From: Podospora anserina
Lineage: Eukaryota
Length of the DNA: 64,000 nt
Reading direction: 5' to 3'
Assembly (NCBI GenBank): GCA_017654855.1
Contig: CM030335.1
Location: forward strand, 3,038,001 to 3,102,000
Below the pieces are notes generated by a model. The model saw nothing but the letters and a program-made list of their open reading frames with translations. It was not told the DNA's origin and made no database searches. Position numbers and translations under genes: made by a program. Below, one piece after another: positions 26,427 to 38,200 of the stretch. Positions within the stretch are counted from its first letter, which is position 1. Every line of letters begins with the position of its first letter.

Positions 26427-28359
26427 GATGAAAGTCATCGGGGTATCCTAGAAGGAAATATTTCTTAGACTTAGAGCAAAATTCTGATGCCTTCATAAGT
26501 CTCTGTTACAGAGTTGCAACTATCTTGATGACCACCAGCAACCTGCAGCCCCATATGCAACCCCCTTCTCGCCTACCATTTACCGCGCTCTTGGATTCGG
26601 CACACACTCGCTCGGCTGGCGGCAGTCAAATGTATACATATGCAAGAAAGTTATAATTTATCTGGTGACTCGTACAATGTCTTGCATTAACATCACCCCC
26701 TTTTTTTCTTTTACTGTCACTTTCACCTTTTTAAAACGCCGCGCCTAACACACCACTACCGGCGGTTAAGGCCAGAGTCTCAGCGTCATCATGTCTCACC
26801 TCACCCACCTACCCGCTTTAGCGCGGGATAAAAAGCACAAAAAATCTGATTGGTTGGGAGAGTGATGGTTGTCAGGTTCAAGTCACGCTGGAGGGGTTTA
26901 AAAAGAGAAAAGGGGAATTGATCTGATGCTTGTTGTTAATCACGGGAATGGGTACGGGGAAAGGTATCTCGATCGTGGAGGAATCGAGATGTGATGAGGG
27001 TGCAGAGGGGATGGTCACGCTTGGGGAGAAGGATGGGGGAATTTTGGGGTGTTGATCTGTGATGGGTTTGGACGGACGAATCTTTAAATCCAGATTCTTT
27101 TATTTTATTCTTTTGCCAGTGAGATAAAATAGAATAATAAATAAAATATTTCGGTGTCCGTTTTTATTTCTTGATTTTCATTCAAACCAGGCCCGCAACG
27201 TTACAAAATGGAATATCTTGGAAAGTCTTGATGTCTGCGCCTCATTTGTTTGATGATAGAACAGGCAATGACAGACAAGGTGGCCAAGAGGGGCTGACCG
27301 AGTGCCCGTTCTTTCCCGTGTCTCTTACTTACCTTTCCTTTCCGCTGGCCGGTGACCATTCCCAAACCCTGTCTGTGTTTGGATGTCTTTGTGAGTTGAC
27401 CTGTGAGAGTTGAGGGTTGGGAAAGCTGAAAGGTCAAAGCTCCGGCTCGCTGGGCCTGCGTTCCGCCTCATTTAGTGCCATGTACCAACAATCAACGTTT
27501 GCCGGTACCAGAGAAATCACAATCCGGGGAACGCCTGGGACCAATTCCGGGCGGTTGGTTGGCTGCGAAATTGTGTCAAGGCAAGGCGGAAGGAATGTGG
27601 GGAAGGTTTTTGGGGGAGGATGACAGCGGCGGGCAAAATGCAGTCTGGGAATCTTGACAATCCAGATTGGGGATGTTGAGGTCCCATCACGAAGTCGAAC
27701 TGGGAATTGAGAATGTCCAAATCTTGGTGAATGGGTGAACGGGATGCAACACTGCCGGCTTGGAAGTTGAGACTTTGGTTGGCAAGCAAATAGTCCTGTA
27801 ATCGAAGATGGTGTGCTTTACTTGTCATCGAGATCACGACAAAACATCGGCCAGGGAAAGCCGTTTCTTTCTCGATATCTTGGTACATGTGAAGAGACAA
27901 AAGAAAAAGGGGGTCAAAATGTCGTCAGTCTACTGGATATTTCATTGGGAGATGCCGAATCTCGCAGTAGTGATGTTGTATCGCGGCTTGGCGTTTCTGT
28001 ATCTCCAAAAAAAAAAACTGGGAATAAGGTTGGCGAGGGGGTACATGGTGAGTTTTGACAGGTTACCCAAAATTGGAAATTGATCGTCGAGTTTTCCACG
28101 TTTGGCTTTGAAGAGCGAGTCTTGGGCTCTTGGATGGCTTTCTTGGGGCTAGGGCTGCTGTGAGGGGTGGAAAGGCACGGATCGGTGGGTGGTAGATCTT
28201 GCGAGGTACGAGTGTCAATGTCGAAGTACAAAGGCTGAGGATAGAGGCGTGCAGAGTACACGGCAATCAGGACCCGGATTTCTGCAAGATAATCACATAA
28301 TGGAGAGACTCTTTTGCCCGTTTTGGAACCGAGAGTTTTGATGCCGATGATTTCGTAGA

Positions 28360-28698
28360 ATGAAGGTTGTTGTTGTGATTATATGTTGTGGAGTTCTTAT
28401 GCTGTCGTTGTCCGCCCGGACGCCGAGGCCCGCACCTTCCGTGCCGGTGCCGGCGCCGGAAGCCACTGCGATAATAGATAAGATATCCGAGACCAGCACT
28501 TTAGAAGGTGCTCTTGGCTATCTGGTATCGAGTTCGAATGACCGCTTTGAACAACCCAATATCTGTTTTTCTCCTGCCGACCAGGTTGTAGATGGATATA
28601 GTTCTGACGGCCATGCATTGCAAATCATGGTCTATGCCGTCAACCCCGTCAATCAATGCGCATCGAAAAATCAGAAACGCCAATTAATTCATGTTTAA
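28360..28698 (+). CDS. Possible small secreted protein (112 aa)
   Basis: True ATG start, signal-peptide-like MKVVVVIICCGVLMLSLSA followed by a Pro-rich linker; no recognisable domain. Confidence 0.25.
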   Translation: MKVVVVIICCGVLMLSLSARTPRPAPSVPVPAPEATAIIDKISETSTLEGALGYLVSSSNDRFEQPNICFSPADQVVDGYSSDGHALQIMVYAVNPVNQCASKNQKRQLIHV

Positions 28699-30404
28699 CT
28701 TGGGATCGTCCCGACCACGCGGTCAAATCCGGGACGGGTGCAGCAGCCCAAACCCACCAGCATTGACATCATCTTGTCATTCCTCACCACGGTGAGCTCC
28801 ACCAAATGTTACACAGCACAAGAAGTGAGTGAATCGGCTGCAAGGAAGAGCCTCATATATCGAATGTCACTCTGAGTATCTCGATGCTGAAGCAACTCAA
28901 CCGGAGATTGAGTGAGAAGTGATCTTCACTCCCACACTCGCTCCGCGTGACCGTCCAGACACCGCTGTGCCCGTTTTACAGGCATAGAGATCTTCAAAAA
29001 ACGGTCGCCGAGTTTCTTCGCCAGGGTAAAAAATTCTGGCACATGAGTCTTTAAGGCATCAAAGCGGCATCACCGAAAGCCACACTCGGGCACCATGAAC
29101 CCGAAGAACGGAAATGCTTCTCGAAGAGGGATGGAAGTGATTCAGATTCATCGCTTGGGCGCATCTGATCACGAAGAGTTGAACTAGGTGAAGCGTAACA
29201 GAAACGAAAGCTGCCCTAACAAGCAAAAAGCGCCGAGTGACCACAACAGCCAAGCCTTAAAATGAAGCCGTCGTCAACACCCCTTGCTGCTCGCCGCTCA
29301 GGCCTCGAGTGGTTGGTTGGACTTCCAAAGCCCTTCTGGAAGGCCCGAGAGTGGTGATAGCAGGGGCATTAGCTTCACTTGCACCGTTTCCGGAAGGTGA
29401 GCCTTTACATCCCATTGGTCCCAAGCTGTCGAGCTAGGGAAGACAGGGGTTCTCGAGGCTCTCTGGCGCCTTGGTGTTTGGTGTCAAAACATCTTCAGGG
29501 GGAGATAAAATGAAATAATAGGGAGAATGAAATTATTGGGACCGTTTTCTTGATTTTTTTTATTTTATTTTTATTTTGTCGCAAGATCACAAGCTTCTCC
29601 ATCACTCCACCCTCATTTCTTTCGTCTCAGATTGCCGGCAAGCCCTACGTCAAGGGAAGTGGGGTGGCACAAACCACTGCCTTGGGCCTCACACATGAAC
29701 CACGTGGATTTTGGATGCTGAGGTCATTGATGATAACGGTACCTTTGACGGTGTATACAGGTGACAAGCAAATGAATGAGAGACAGGAAATAAGTGGTGT
29801 GCTAATGAATTGAGGTGGTGTTGAGCATTGCTGAGCGACTTCCTCGGCCATGACTGATGCTTCACGTGTCTCGGTGCACCTTCCCGGAGTTGCACCGCTT
29901 GAATGGGAGGCTCTTTCCCTTGCTCCGATGCCTCAGCTCGGCCGCCCAATCACCCCGCCTTTTGGGAACTGTCAGCTGTCAACCAGCTTCAAGCACGCGA
30001 CCACCCCTCTGACGTAGATGTTCCCCATCGACGATGATACTCGAAAGAGTCAATTCCTCTGGCGGCAGTCATCCAGTACGAAGTACCGGTATGCCGAAAC
30101 TAGTCCCAAGGTGACTGTGGTCCTCTCACCATACTGCTGAAACGCATGTGTTCTTGATCGTGTTGTATTCGTGATCATTGTGCCATGTATTCATATGTGC
30201 TTATGTTAGATCGTGATCTGATGGGGCATCAAATCATTACCTACCTGTCTATCCCAAAGTTGCTCCGGAACGCCGCCCAATGTAGTTGGCCAGTCATGCC
30301 GGGTATCAACAAGCTTCTGATGGACCAATAAACTCCAAGTAAACAAAATAGCCACCCAGTTGTCAATTCTCGTTTCTCGGTATGCCTTTATCGTCCCTTA
30401 GGTA

Positions 30405-32204
30405 TCAGACTTTGGAGTCCTGAGAAGCGACGGTGCTCGAGTTTGCCCTCTTCTCCGGTCCGTTGGCTGCAACTCTCTCTGTGCCTGGGCCCTCGGCGGA
30501 GGGATCCCTCAGAAGAGGGAATTTGCAGACGCAGTTGTAGAGACCAACTATCCCGGACAGGGCACAGCAAATGACCCAAAGCACGCGAAGAGCATCGATG
30601 ATGGCTTTCCGGCAGTTAGGATCCCGCTTGATCTCTTCAATCATTCTCAAGATTTCTTCAGAGTTCATCTCCCCGCCTACCTGCCGGAGCCTCTGGTTCA
30701 TGGTGTAGCTGAAGACAGTTGTGCCAATGGCAATACCAAGACACATTCCAGCCGACCTGGCCTGTAAGCCCATGGCAATTGCATGGCCGTTAAGTTCACG
30801 CTTTGTCGCCGCGAGAAGCGAAACATTGAGCGCTGCCATCAAGATGCCTGCCGCCAAACCAACACCGCAGTTGACGATGACCAACCATGGCAGAGGGGTG
30901 TTGTCGTCCATGAACCACAGAAGGCCGAGTGAGAGAACAGCTAATGGCCAGCCTACCGAGACAGCCTCCCGGATTCGATTCGTCCGACGCATCACCAAGC
31001 CGCACACCAGGGCCGCAATGGGTATGCTCACTGTTTCTGGAAGGACTGCGACGCTGGTTTCCATCTTACTATAGCCCCGCACACCTTCCCAGAAGAGGAC
31101 GAGATGGAACAAGAGTATGTTCAGACAGATGCCGCAGACCGTCAGGCCGAGGATGGCTGAGACGGTGACATGCTTGCTGAAAATCTCGGGCCGGAACATT
31201 GGGCGCCTCGCAAAGAACCGTTGATGCACCGCCAGTGTCGCCAACCCAATGACGCCCGATGCTAACGGTACCAAAGCCTGGACGGATATCCACGGGAAAA
31301 GCGTCGGAGCCATGACAAATGGCGAGAGGAATGACAGGGCAGACGGGATGAATATTCCGATACCGATCCAGTCGACACTTTTCAGACTTTTTCGAATGCC
31401 TAGCTCAGGTCTGTCAAACCCGAGCAGGAATGCCAGACCGATAGCAGAGATGACAAGCAGCGGAAGGTTCATGAAGAACAACATTCTCTATTGACATGTT
31501 AGCCACTGACAGGTTCGCATCCCGCACGATACATACCCAAGATTTGAGCCTGATGTATGCCGTTCCGATGATTGGTCCGCAGGCAAGACCGATAGCGGTG
31601 ACAGCATTTTGGGTTGCCAGCCAGATGGCTCGATCCTGGATAGGCACGAGGTCGGTCAGGATAATAGCAGAGAGAACCGAGCCGGCGTTGGCAAATCCTT
31701 GAAAAGCACGGCCGGCAAGAAGGACGGCGATACTGTTTGCCGTTCCAGCGATGACTGTCCCGGCGGCTGCAAAAGTCAACACTAGCAGAAACGCTGGCTT
31801 TCTTCCGACGACATGGGAGATTTCTGCAACGGGCTGTTGGAAGATGGTGGCGCTCAGGTAGTATATGGTGCCCATGGAAAACACTTCCGTTCTCGTCGCG
31901 TTCAAGTCTCTCGCAATATCCTATGTTTTGCTGTTAGTCTTGCGGTGCTGGAGTCAACACAGGGAAGAGTCCCTACCGGCACGGCCACAGCTACCGAGGT
32001 CATGTCAAGATGAACAACGAACTGTATCAGGAGAAGAAACAGGAATATCGCCGCACGCCGTGTGCGAGAAACACGGCGGTGTCCCGGTTCCCCATCCTGC
32101 GTAGGCGTCGCAGCCATGATTGAGGCCGCTGTTGATTTGAGCATGACAATGGAACCTCGGCCGGAGAACGGCTCCGTCTGACTTGATGGAGATTCCTTAT
32201 CCAT
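30405..32204 (-). CDS. MFS drug:H+ antiporter (DHA14/DHA2-like)
   Basis: LDMTSVAVAVP/DIARDL, SHVVGRK (motif A), LLAGRAFQG, TDLVPIQDRA, GPIIG, SW/RMLFFMNLP, VDWIG. Two introns with GTAGGG/GTATGT donors and CTAAC branch sites. Confidence 0.9.
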
Positions 32205-33274
32205 AGTGGCGGACTTACCTGCCTGTTACCTTGATGGTCGAAATATGGTTCTTGAGACGCAACCAAGGGCGGAAGGCGTACCATGGAAACCAGAAACTCA
32301 ATTCACTCTCGTATTGACAGAGACACGCCTTTGTATAAGAAGGCTACTTCCTCCTGTGTCGACCTGGTCCCAACAATGCAAACAACACGAGAAATTGCTG
32401 GATTACTTGGTTTTGAAGTTGACTTGGAGTTGGAACCTAATCGGAAGATCGATGGAGCTAGCAGCGATATTCGATGCTTCCCATTGCCTGCGGATCTGGG
32501 CTCGCAACAGCCACTCTGGCGGCTTTCAAGACCCGGCCGGTCATGGACTATTGAACACCGGACAATTGCGCGTGGCTGTGGGATGGATACGCCAGTGACG
32601 CCCAATCAAGAGGTTCCGGTATTGTTGGGTGGGGGTACCCTTCCACGAGAATACGTCCGTCTGATATTTCATTGTTTACTTATGATCTTGAGGGCAACTG
32701 AGCCTGATCTGAAGAAGTCATCAGCTCGATCCGATCTAATCACATGAGACAGCATACTGCTATATCCGGGGCGCTTTGCCACGGGATAGTAGACTGACAG
32801 CTGAGCCGCCATTCAGTACAAGAGAGCTATCTTGAGAATCATCGTCATCGTTCAGTGGACCTCCGGACTACAACGACAACAACAAACCCACACAGCACCG
32901 GACTTCTTGTTTCCGGGCGTAACTCTAATAGGTCGTATTGCTTTCCGAGCCGCCCAAAGCCTCGTGTTTCCGCCGCTTGCTTGACCGCCAGGGTTCTCAC
33001 CTTGCGTCTTGTCCACACCTTGATGAGTCTCCGGTCAACACTTGACCACACTTGATCATCCCACTTGACTGCGATCTTTGGACGTTGAAGGAAAGAGTGC
33101 AATTCTTCGACCCGGGCTCTTTTATCCCACGTCTAGGGTGTCTCGAACCGATTTCATCGAAGATATCAACGCTCCAGCTCGCTCATCATCAACCATCTCT
33201 CTACTCTTCTTTACCTTCTCCCCTTCTATTCTCTTATACTCTTTGATCCAAAGGTGCATGACTCGTCCTTTACC

Positions 33275-35230
33275 ATGGATCCAAACGCCACGTGCACAAA
33301 CAACCGACCAGAGGTTCCGTTCATACCGTTCCTCGCCGGCTTAACGGCTTGGGCCGTGGTCAGATACGTTCTTGAAGGCATCGTCAAGCGGTTCAACCCC
33401 AAGTTCGACAAATTTCTTCGAGAGGACATCCGTCGCAGGTACAACTTCTACTTCAGCACTTGGCTGGGCACCATCGCCAAGGTCATCTCGGTTGTCTCAT
33501 GCACAGCAGCCCTGGCGAGCACCCCGGCCGAGGGGGACCTCTACGGGCTTGTGCGTCCACTCAACACAGCGGAACAATGGTGCTGGGGTTGCCGGGCCGT
33601 CCTCTACATCCAGGAGCTGCCAGACCTGAGCTCTGTGCCCGAGTTGGTTATCCATCACATCCTTAGTATCGTTGCGATGTGTACCATCCTGGCCTACAGC
33701 GCTCCTCGTCGTCCGCTCTACCTCATGTGGGCCAGTCTCTGGAACGAGTTTCTCGGCAATGTCAGACGATTGTTCAAGCTCCATGATCTCATGGCGCCTC
33801 GTCTGGCGTGGTGGATGGCTGCTGTCAACTGCTTCCTCGTATGGGCCTTACGGATAACAGCTGCTGTTGTGTCAATTGTTTGGACCCTTCAGAGCAACAC
33901 TTATGGAGTGTGCCTGTTCGTCACGATTGGCTCGATACTGGTGTACATTTTGTACATGGTCCAATTCACAACGTGGGAGCTTGGCCGGTTTAGGGTTATC
34001 AACCTTGACATGACCCGCCCGGCGAGGTTCATCATTGCAGACAAATGGAGCATCCACCTTTTGGGCGTGATCATGGGTGTTGGGCTGGCCTTGACGGAGC
34101 TTTCCGCGCTTGTGATCTACGGGTCCAGCTCTGGGTACACGAGCTCCAAGGAGGAGCTGCACAGCATTGCCTGGGTTGCTCTCCAGGCTGCTGGTGCTGG
34201 GCTTTTGGGGTCTTATGTTACTTTTCCCATCTTTCGGTTTACCATCCCCTCGGCTGCTACTTCACAGGAGGAAGGTGAGGAGCCAGCTGCTCCAAAGGCT
34301 GCTCTTCGACTTTCCCTTATTGGCGGCATCATTTCTGCCGGGTCGACGGTTGTGTTCACCCCCACCCTCGAGCCGACGGTCGACCGTGCTGCGTTTTTGG
34401 CCTGCATGGGGTTGAGTCTTCCGTTGATGATTTCCATCTTTCGCTTCGGTCAGGCGTTGTCCACACCCGCCGCCGCTTCTCTCGAGACGAATCATGCATC
34501 TCTGGATGAGAAGCTTGTCGATGTCGCCGACGAGGGAATCGCGACTGAGCCTGGAGTGTTTCCCCCCAAAATGGTCAATGCTGCGGCCCATGGGGTGTTG
34601 TTTCTCGGCGTCGCTTCTGCGCTCTGTCTGAGCCCGCCGCCTTCGCTTCTGGCGGTCAAGGGGTTCTCGAGCTTTGTTCTGGCGATGATGGCGGGTGTTG
34701 AGCTGGGGAATCGTTGCGAGGGGAGGCACCGGAGGTTTTTGCACAGGTTGTTTCCTATGCTTCAGGCTGGGGTTGGGATTGGGTATCAGGCTTGGTGTGT
34801 TGTTGTTGAGGGGGAAAAGGGGGGGATGTTTGTCTTGGGGGTGTATTTGGTTTGCTTTGGGGTTGTGGTGGTTATGATGCCGGTTGTGGTGAGGTTTTTC
34901 GAGGGGTTGTGGGCGAAGGGGAAGTGCAAAGGGGAAAAGAAGAAGAAGAATAAGGGGTGGGATTTGAAGGTTGTTAGCGTTGGTTCGGGGTTGGCGTTGG
35001 TTGCGATGTTGGTTTTGGGGGAGTATATGGGTTGGTGTAGTATGGCTGGGGAGCCGGTGGTGATGGCTGTGGGACAGGGGGACAAGTTGGGGGAGGTTGT
35101 GAAGGAGGTTGTGAGGGGTAAGGGAGAGGGCGCGGTTGGGTCGTGGGGTGTGGTTGCTAGTTGGCCCATAGTTGCTAGTGTGCTTGGGGCGACGGTGCTG
35201 CCGGTGGTGATGGTGCAGGCTGTTGGGTGA
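33275..35230 (+). CDS. Intronless polytopic membrane protein: N-terminal TLC-like domain plus Lgt-like domain
   Basis: About 651 aa with many hydrophobic helices; ATG in ACCATGG context. TLC-like pattern YIQEL...LVIHH...E-x3-NVR...RI; the C-terminal part parallels Lgt motifs (see findings). Confidence 0.85.
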   Translation: [651 protein letters not shown]

Positions 35231-38200
35231 GAGTTTGATTGGGGGCATGGATATGGAAATCTGTTTTCTTTCTTTGGTTTGAAGGAGTCTGGCGTTGGGA
35301 GCAGGGTGGTGGTGGGAGGTATACGTCTTGGGGACATGATTATGATGAGGATTTACGAGGATTACCTACGATCTATGAAATGGGTTACTGGCATTTATGG
35401 GAAGGATAATCTCCACGGAGTTTAGGGGTATATGGGAGGGTTATTCTTTTGATAAAAGCAGGTAGCTCTATATCTAGGTAGTGGTGGTAATCTAATTTTG
35501 CAGGCTGAGAAGCCGTAAAGGCCAAAATATCCTGGGAGTTGTGTTGAAGTTGGGCATGATGATCTTAAGTGGGTGTTTCGACGTGAAGACACATACCTGG
35601 TATTTCCTTTTCCATCAGATTTTGTTGTCATCAATTCTGTGCCTGCTGTGTCTTTTTGGGGATGATTTTATCCCTATCTTGATTAAGGCATCTGTGCTTA
35701 TCCTTTCCGATCTATAGAACGTTTGTGACACTTTTTCCGTGGTACTTGGTAATCTCATTAGGTACAGGGGGTAGTGGTAGGCAAGGTATATTAATGAAGA
35801 GGGGATGAGTTGTGTTGTCTTCAAGCCATAATACTCCCTATCTCCTTTGATGTTCTCCCGTCAACCTACCTCACTTGCTTCTATATGGGGTACCCAATAG
35901 CTCATGTCTCCATCTCCGACCTGGCATAGTTTTTGTTTACTTGCACTGTCAAAGAACATAAAAGGCTTGACTGGATAGCATGCGCCATGTCATCGTTCTT
36001 CTGTCTAACGTTTAACCACTCTTGGTAGTCACAGCGATGAGGAGCCCCCTTTCTTTAAGCCAGTCACCCCTTTTCAGCTCTTTGAGAGGTGTTGACATGT
36101 AGTTCTCACTAAGACATCAGACTTCAGTATTTTGCAACCACCACAACTATGCATATTTCTGATCTCTCGGACTTTGATGGACGAGCACGTTGCGAGTAAA
36201 AAGAGGAAGACTGTTGCTGGGAACAAAGACCTTTAAAGCTAGGCAGTGTGCCTTCAAAGACAGTTCATAAGGCTTAAGCATGTATGAATAGGCCTTTGGA
36301 GATAGTTAAGAGAGCCACTGAGATGGTCGGTGGTGTTTCCGTCATCTTTCTAGGTCTTGATCCCATACTGCGGTCTCTATCATTTTGTCCACGACGTGGT
36401 AAGTCTACATACCTCCCTGCATAGGTACGCATGAGGATCATTATCTCACCTAGAATCTTCGGGCAACCCAGAACTTGCATCTTTTTCTGGTCTCATTTCT
36501 CCGACTCCCCGTTTGCTTGTTCCTTAATGCTCACTCTGTCAGCACTCAGAGCCTTCCGGGGCGTTGATCAGCTGAAAGGGAACAACGACCCCCTCCTGCC
36601 ACGATACACAAACAGTCAGCCAACCCATCGTCAACAGGATAGGTGGTAGGTCAGTCAGATCAGGCCAGGCTGCCACGGTAAACCAGGCCGCCACAACTCT
36701 GACCTCTTAGTCAGGTTACCACCCTCACCTCACCAAACCCTTCATTCAGTCTAAACTAAGACATCCTTGATTCAAGACACCACCATCCAACCCAACCCAC
36801 GAGAACAGTGAGGGATAAACATCGACCCTGAATCATCCCATGCAACCCCCATTGTGAGCTCAGTAAAGGGCGGTGGTCATCACATTTCACATCAACAACA
36901 CCACAAGAACAGCATCAATAGCCGTAAATAACCCATCACATACCAGATCCCGCGGCAGAAGCGTCAATTGTCGTCAAGCGGCTACCAAAAAGGGAGCAGC
37001 TCCCTACAGTACAATCGGGCACGGCTTTCAACCCCCCGCCATCCAATTCCCGTTTCAAAACTCACCTCGTGATGTCTTTTGACGAGAGGCCCCGCCGCCT
37101 TGCCGCCCCCTCCTCCCCCCTCTGCGCCTCACGATTGACTTTTTGGCCCGCCCAAAAATACCAGCACAAATTTGTTTGTGTCATGAAGGCCCTATTGTTA
37201 CCGGGAGATCATATCAAGGCCAGCCAGATTATAGGCCTTGATCACAAGAACCATGTGCTGCTGGGTTGAGGATTGTGTAGCATAAGGGCATTTACATTAC
37301 CACCACCATTTCCGTTTCGGCCCCGAAAACCGTCATGCCATCGAGGTTGTTGTTCGTCATACAATGAGGGATGCAGCCAAAAAATGGGGGAAGGGAGGAG
37401 AGCTAAGCGCCGAACCAAAGAGTCGGGAACTGCGCCCTGAACATCATCCTCCCCCTTTCTTTCCCCCCTCAAAATCTCACAAGACTACCACACCCACTTC
37501 ACTGCCGAATGTAAAGCTCGGTAAACCAACTTGACCATTTGGTAGGTGTAATTCTTCCGTAAAAGGGTGATTATCCCAGCTTTTTGGCCCATAAACGGAA
37601 GCCCAGCCGACTTGACACCCCCCCAAAGGTGGGTTGCAATGTCTTTGTCGGTCATGGCGATACGTGGTGGTGGCCATCCTCACACCGAGAGTGTGGTGTG
37701 TAGTAGTAGCAGTAGTAGTATATAGCGTAGTGGTGTGCTGAGTGGGTCTTCAACAATAGGCATTGTTGAAAGATGCATGTTTCAGTCACACCCACCATCT
37801 CACCTTCCACTTCCACAGACCACGTGAAGGACTCATTGAGGCACGTCAACCTTGATATTTGCCAACCGTTCCCAGCCCCCCAAAACGGTAGAAAATGGCG
37901 ACATCAAGCGGCGCAATCCCCCCTTCCCCCTCATGAGTGCCGTTCACCTTCGGTTCTTGCCCCCCCACGCCGGCGCATTGTTCTCACCACCTAAGCCAGC
38001 AGCGAGGTGCGGGTAGGTGACGGGTGACCGGTTGCGTGGTGTGAGAGGGTTGCGGCAAGGCGCGGGCACGGCTGGCTTGTGTAACACAACAGCCATTCCA
38101 GCAAATAGGGAGTCTTGCCGGTCGACTAGTTCTCACCACCCTCCATTACAAGTTCAATAGTAAACCCCCTTCACAAGTCCGGGATAAAGCCTAGGAACCA

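Noticed and set aside
34262-35337. Long H/P/N/T-rich minus-strand ORFs
   Set aside because: Antisense artefacts of the G/T-rich 3' half of the membrane protein gene.
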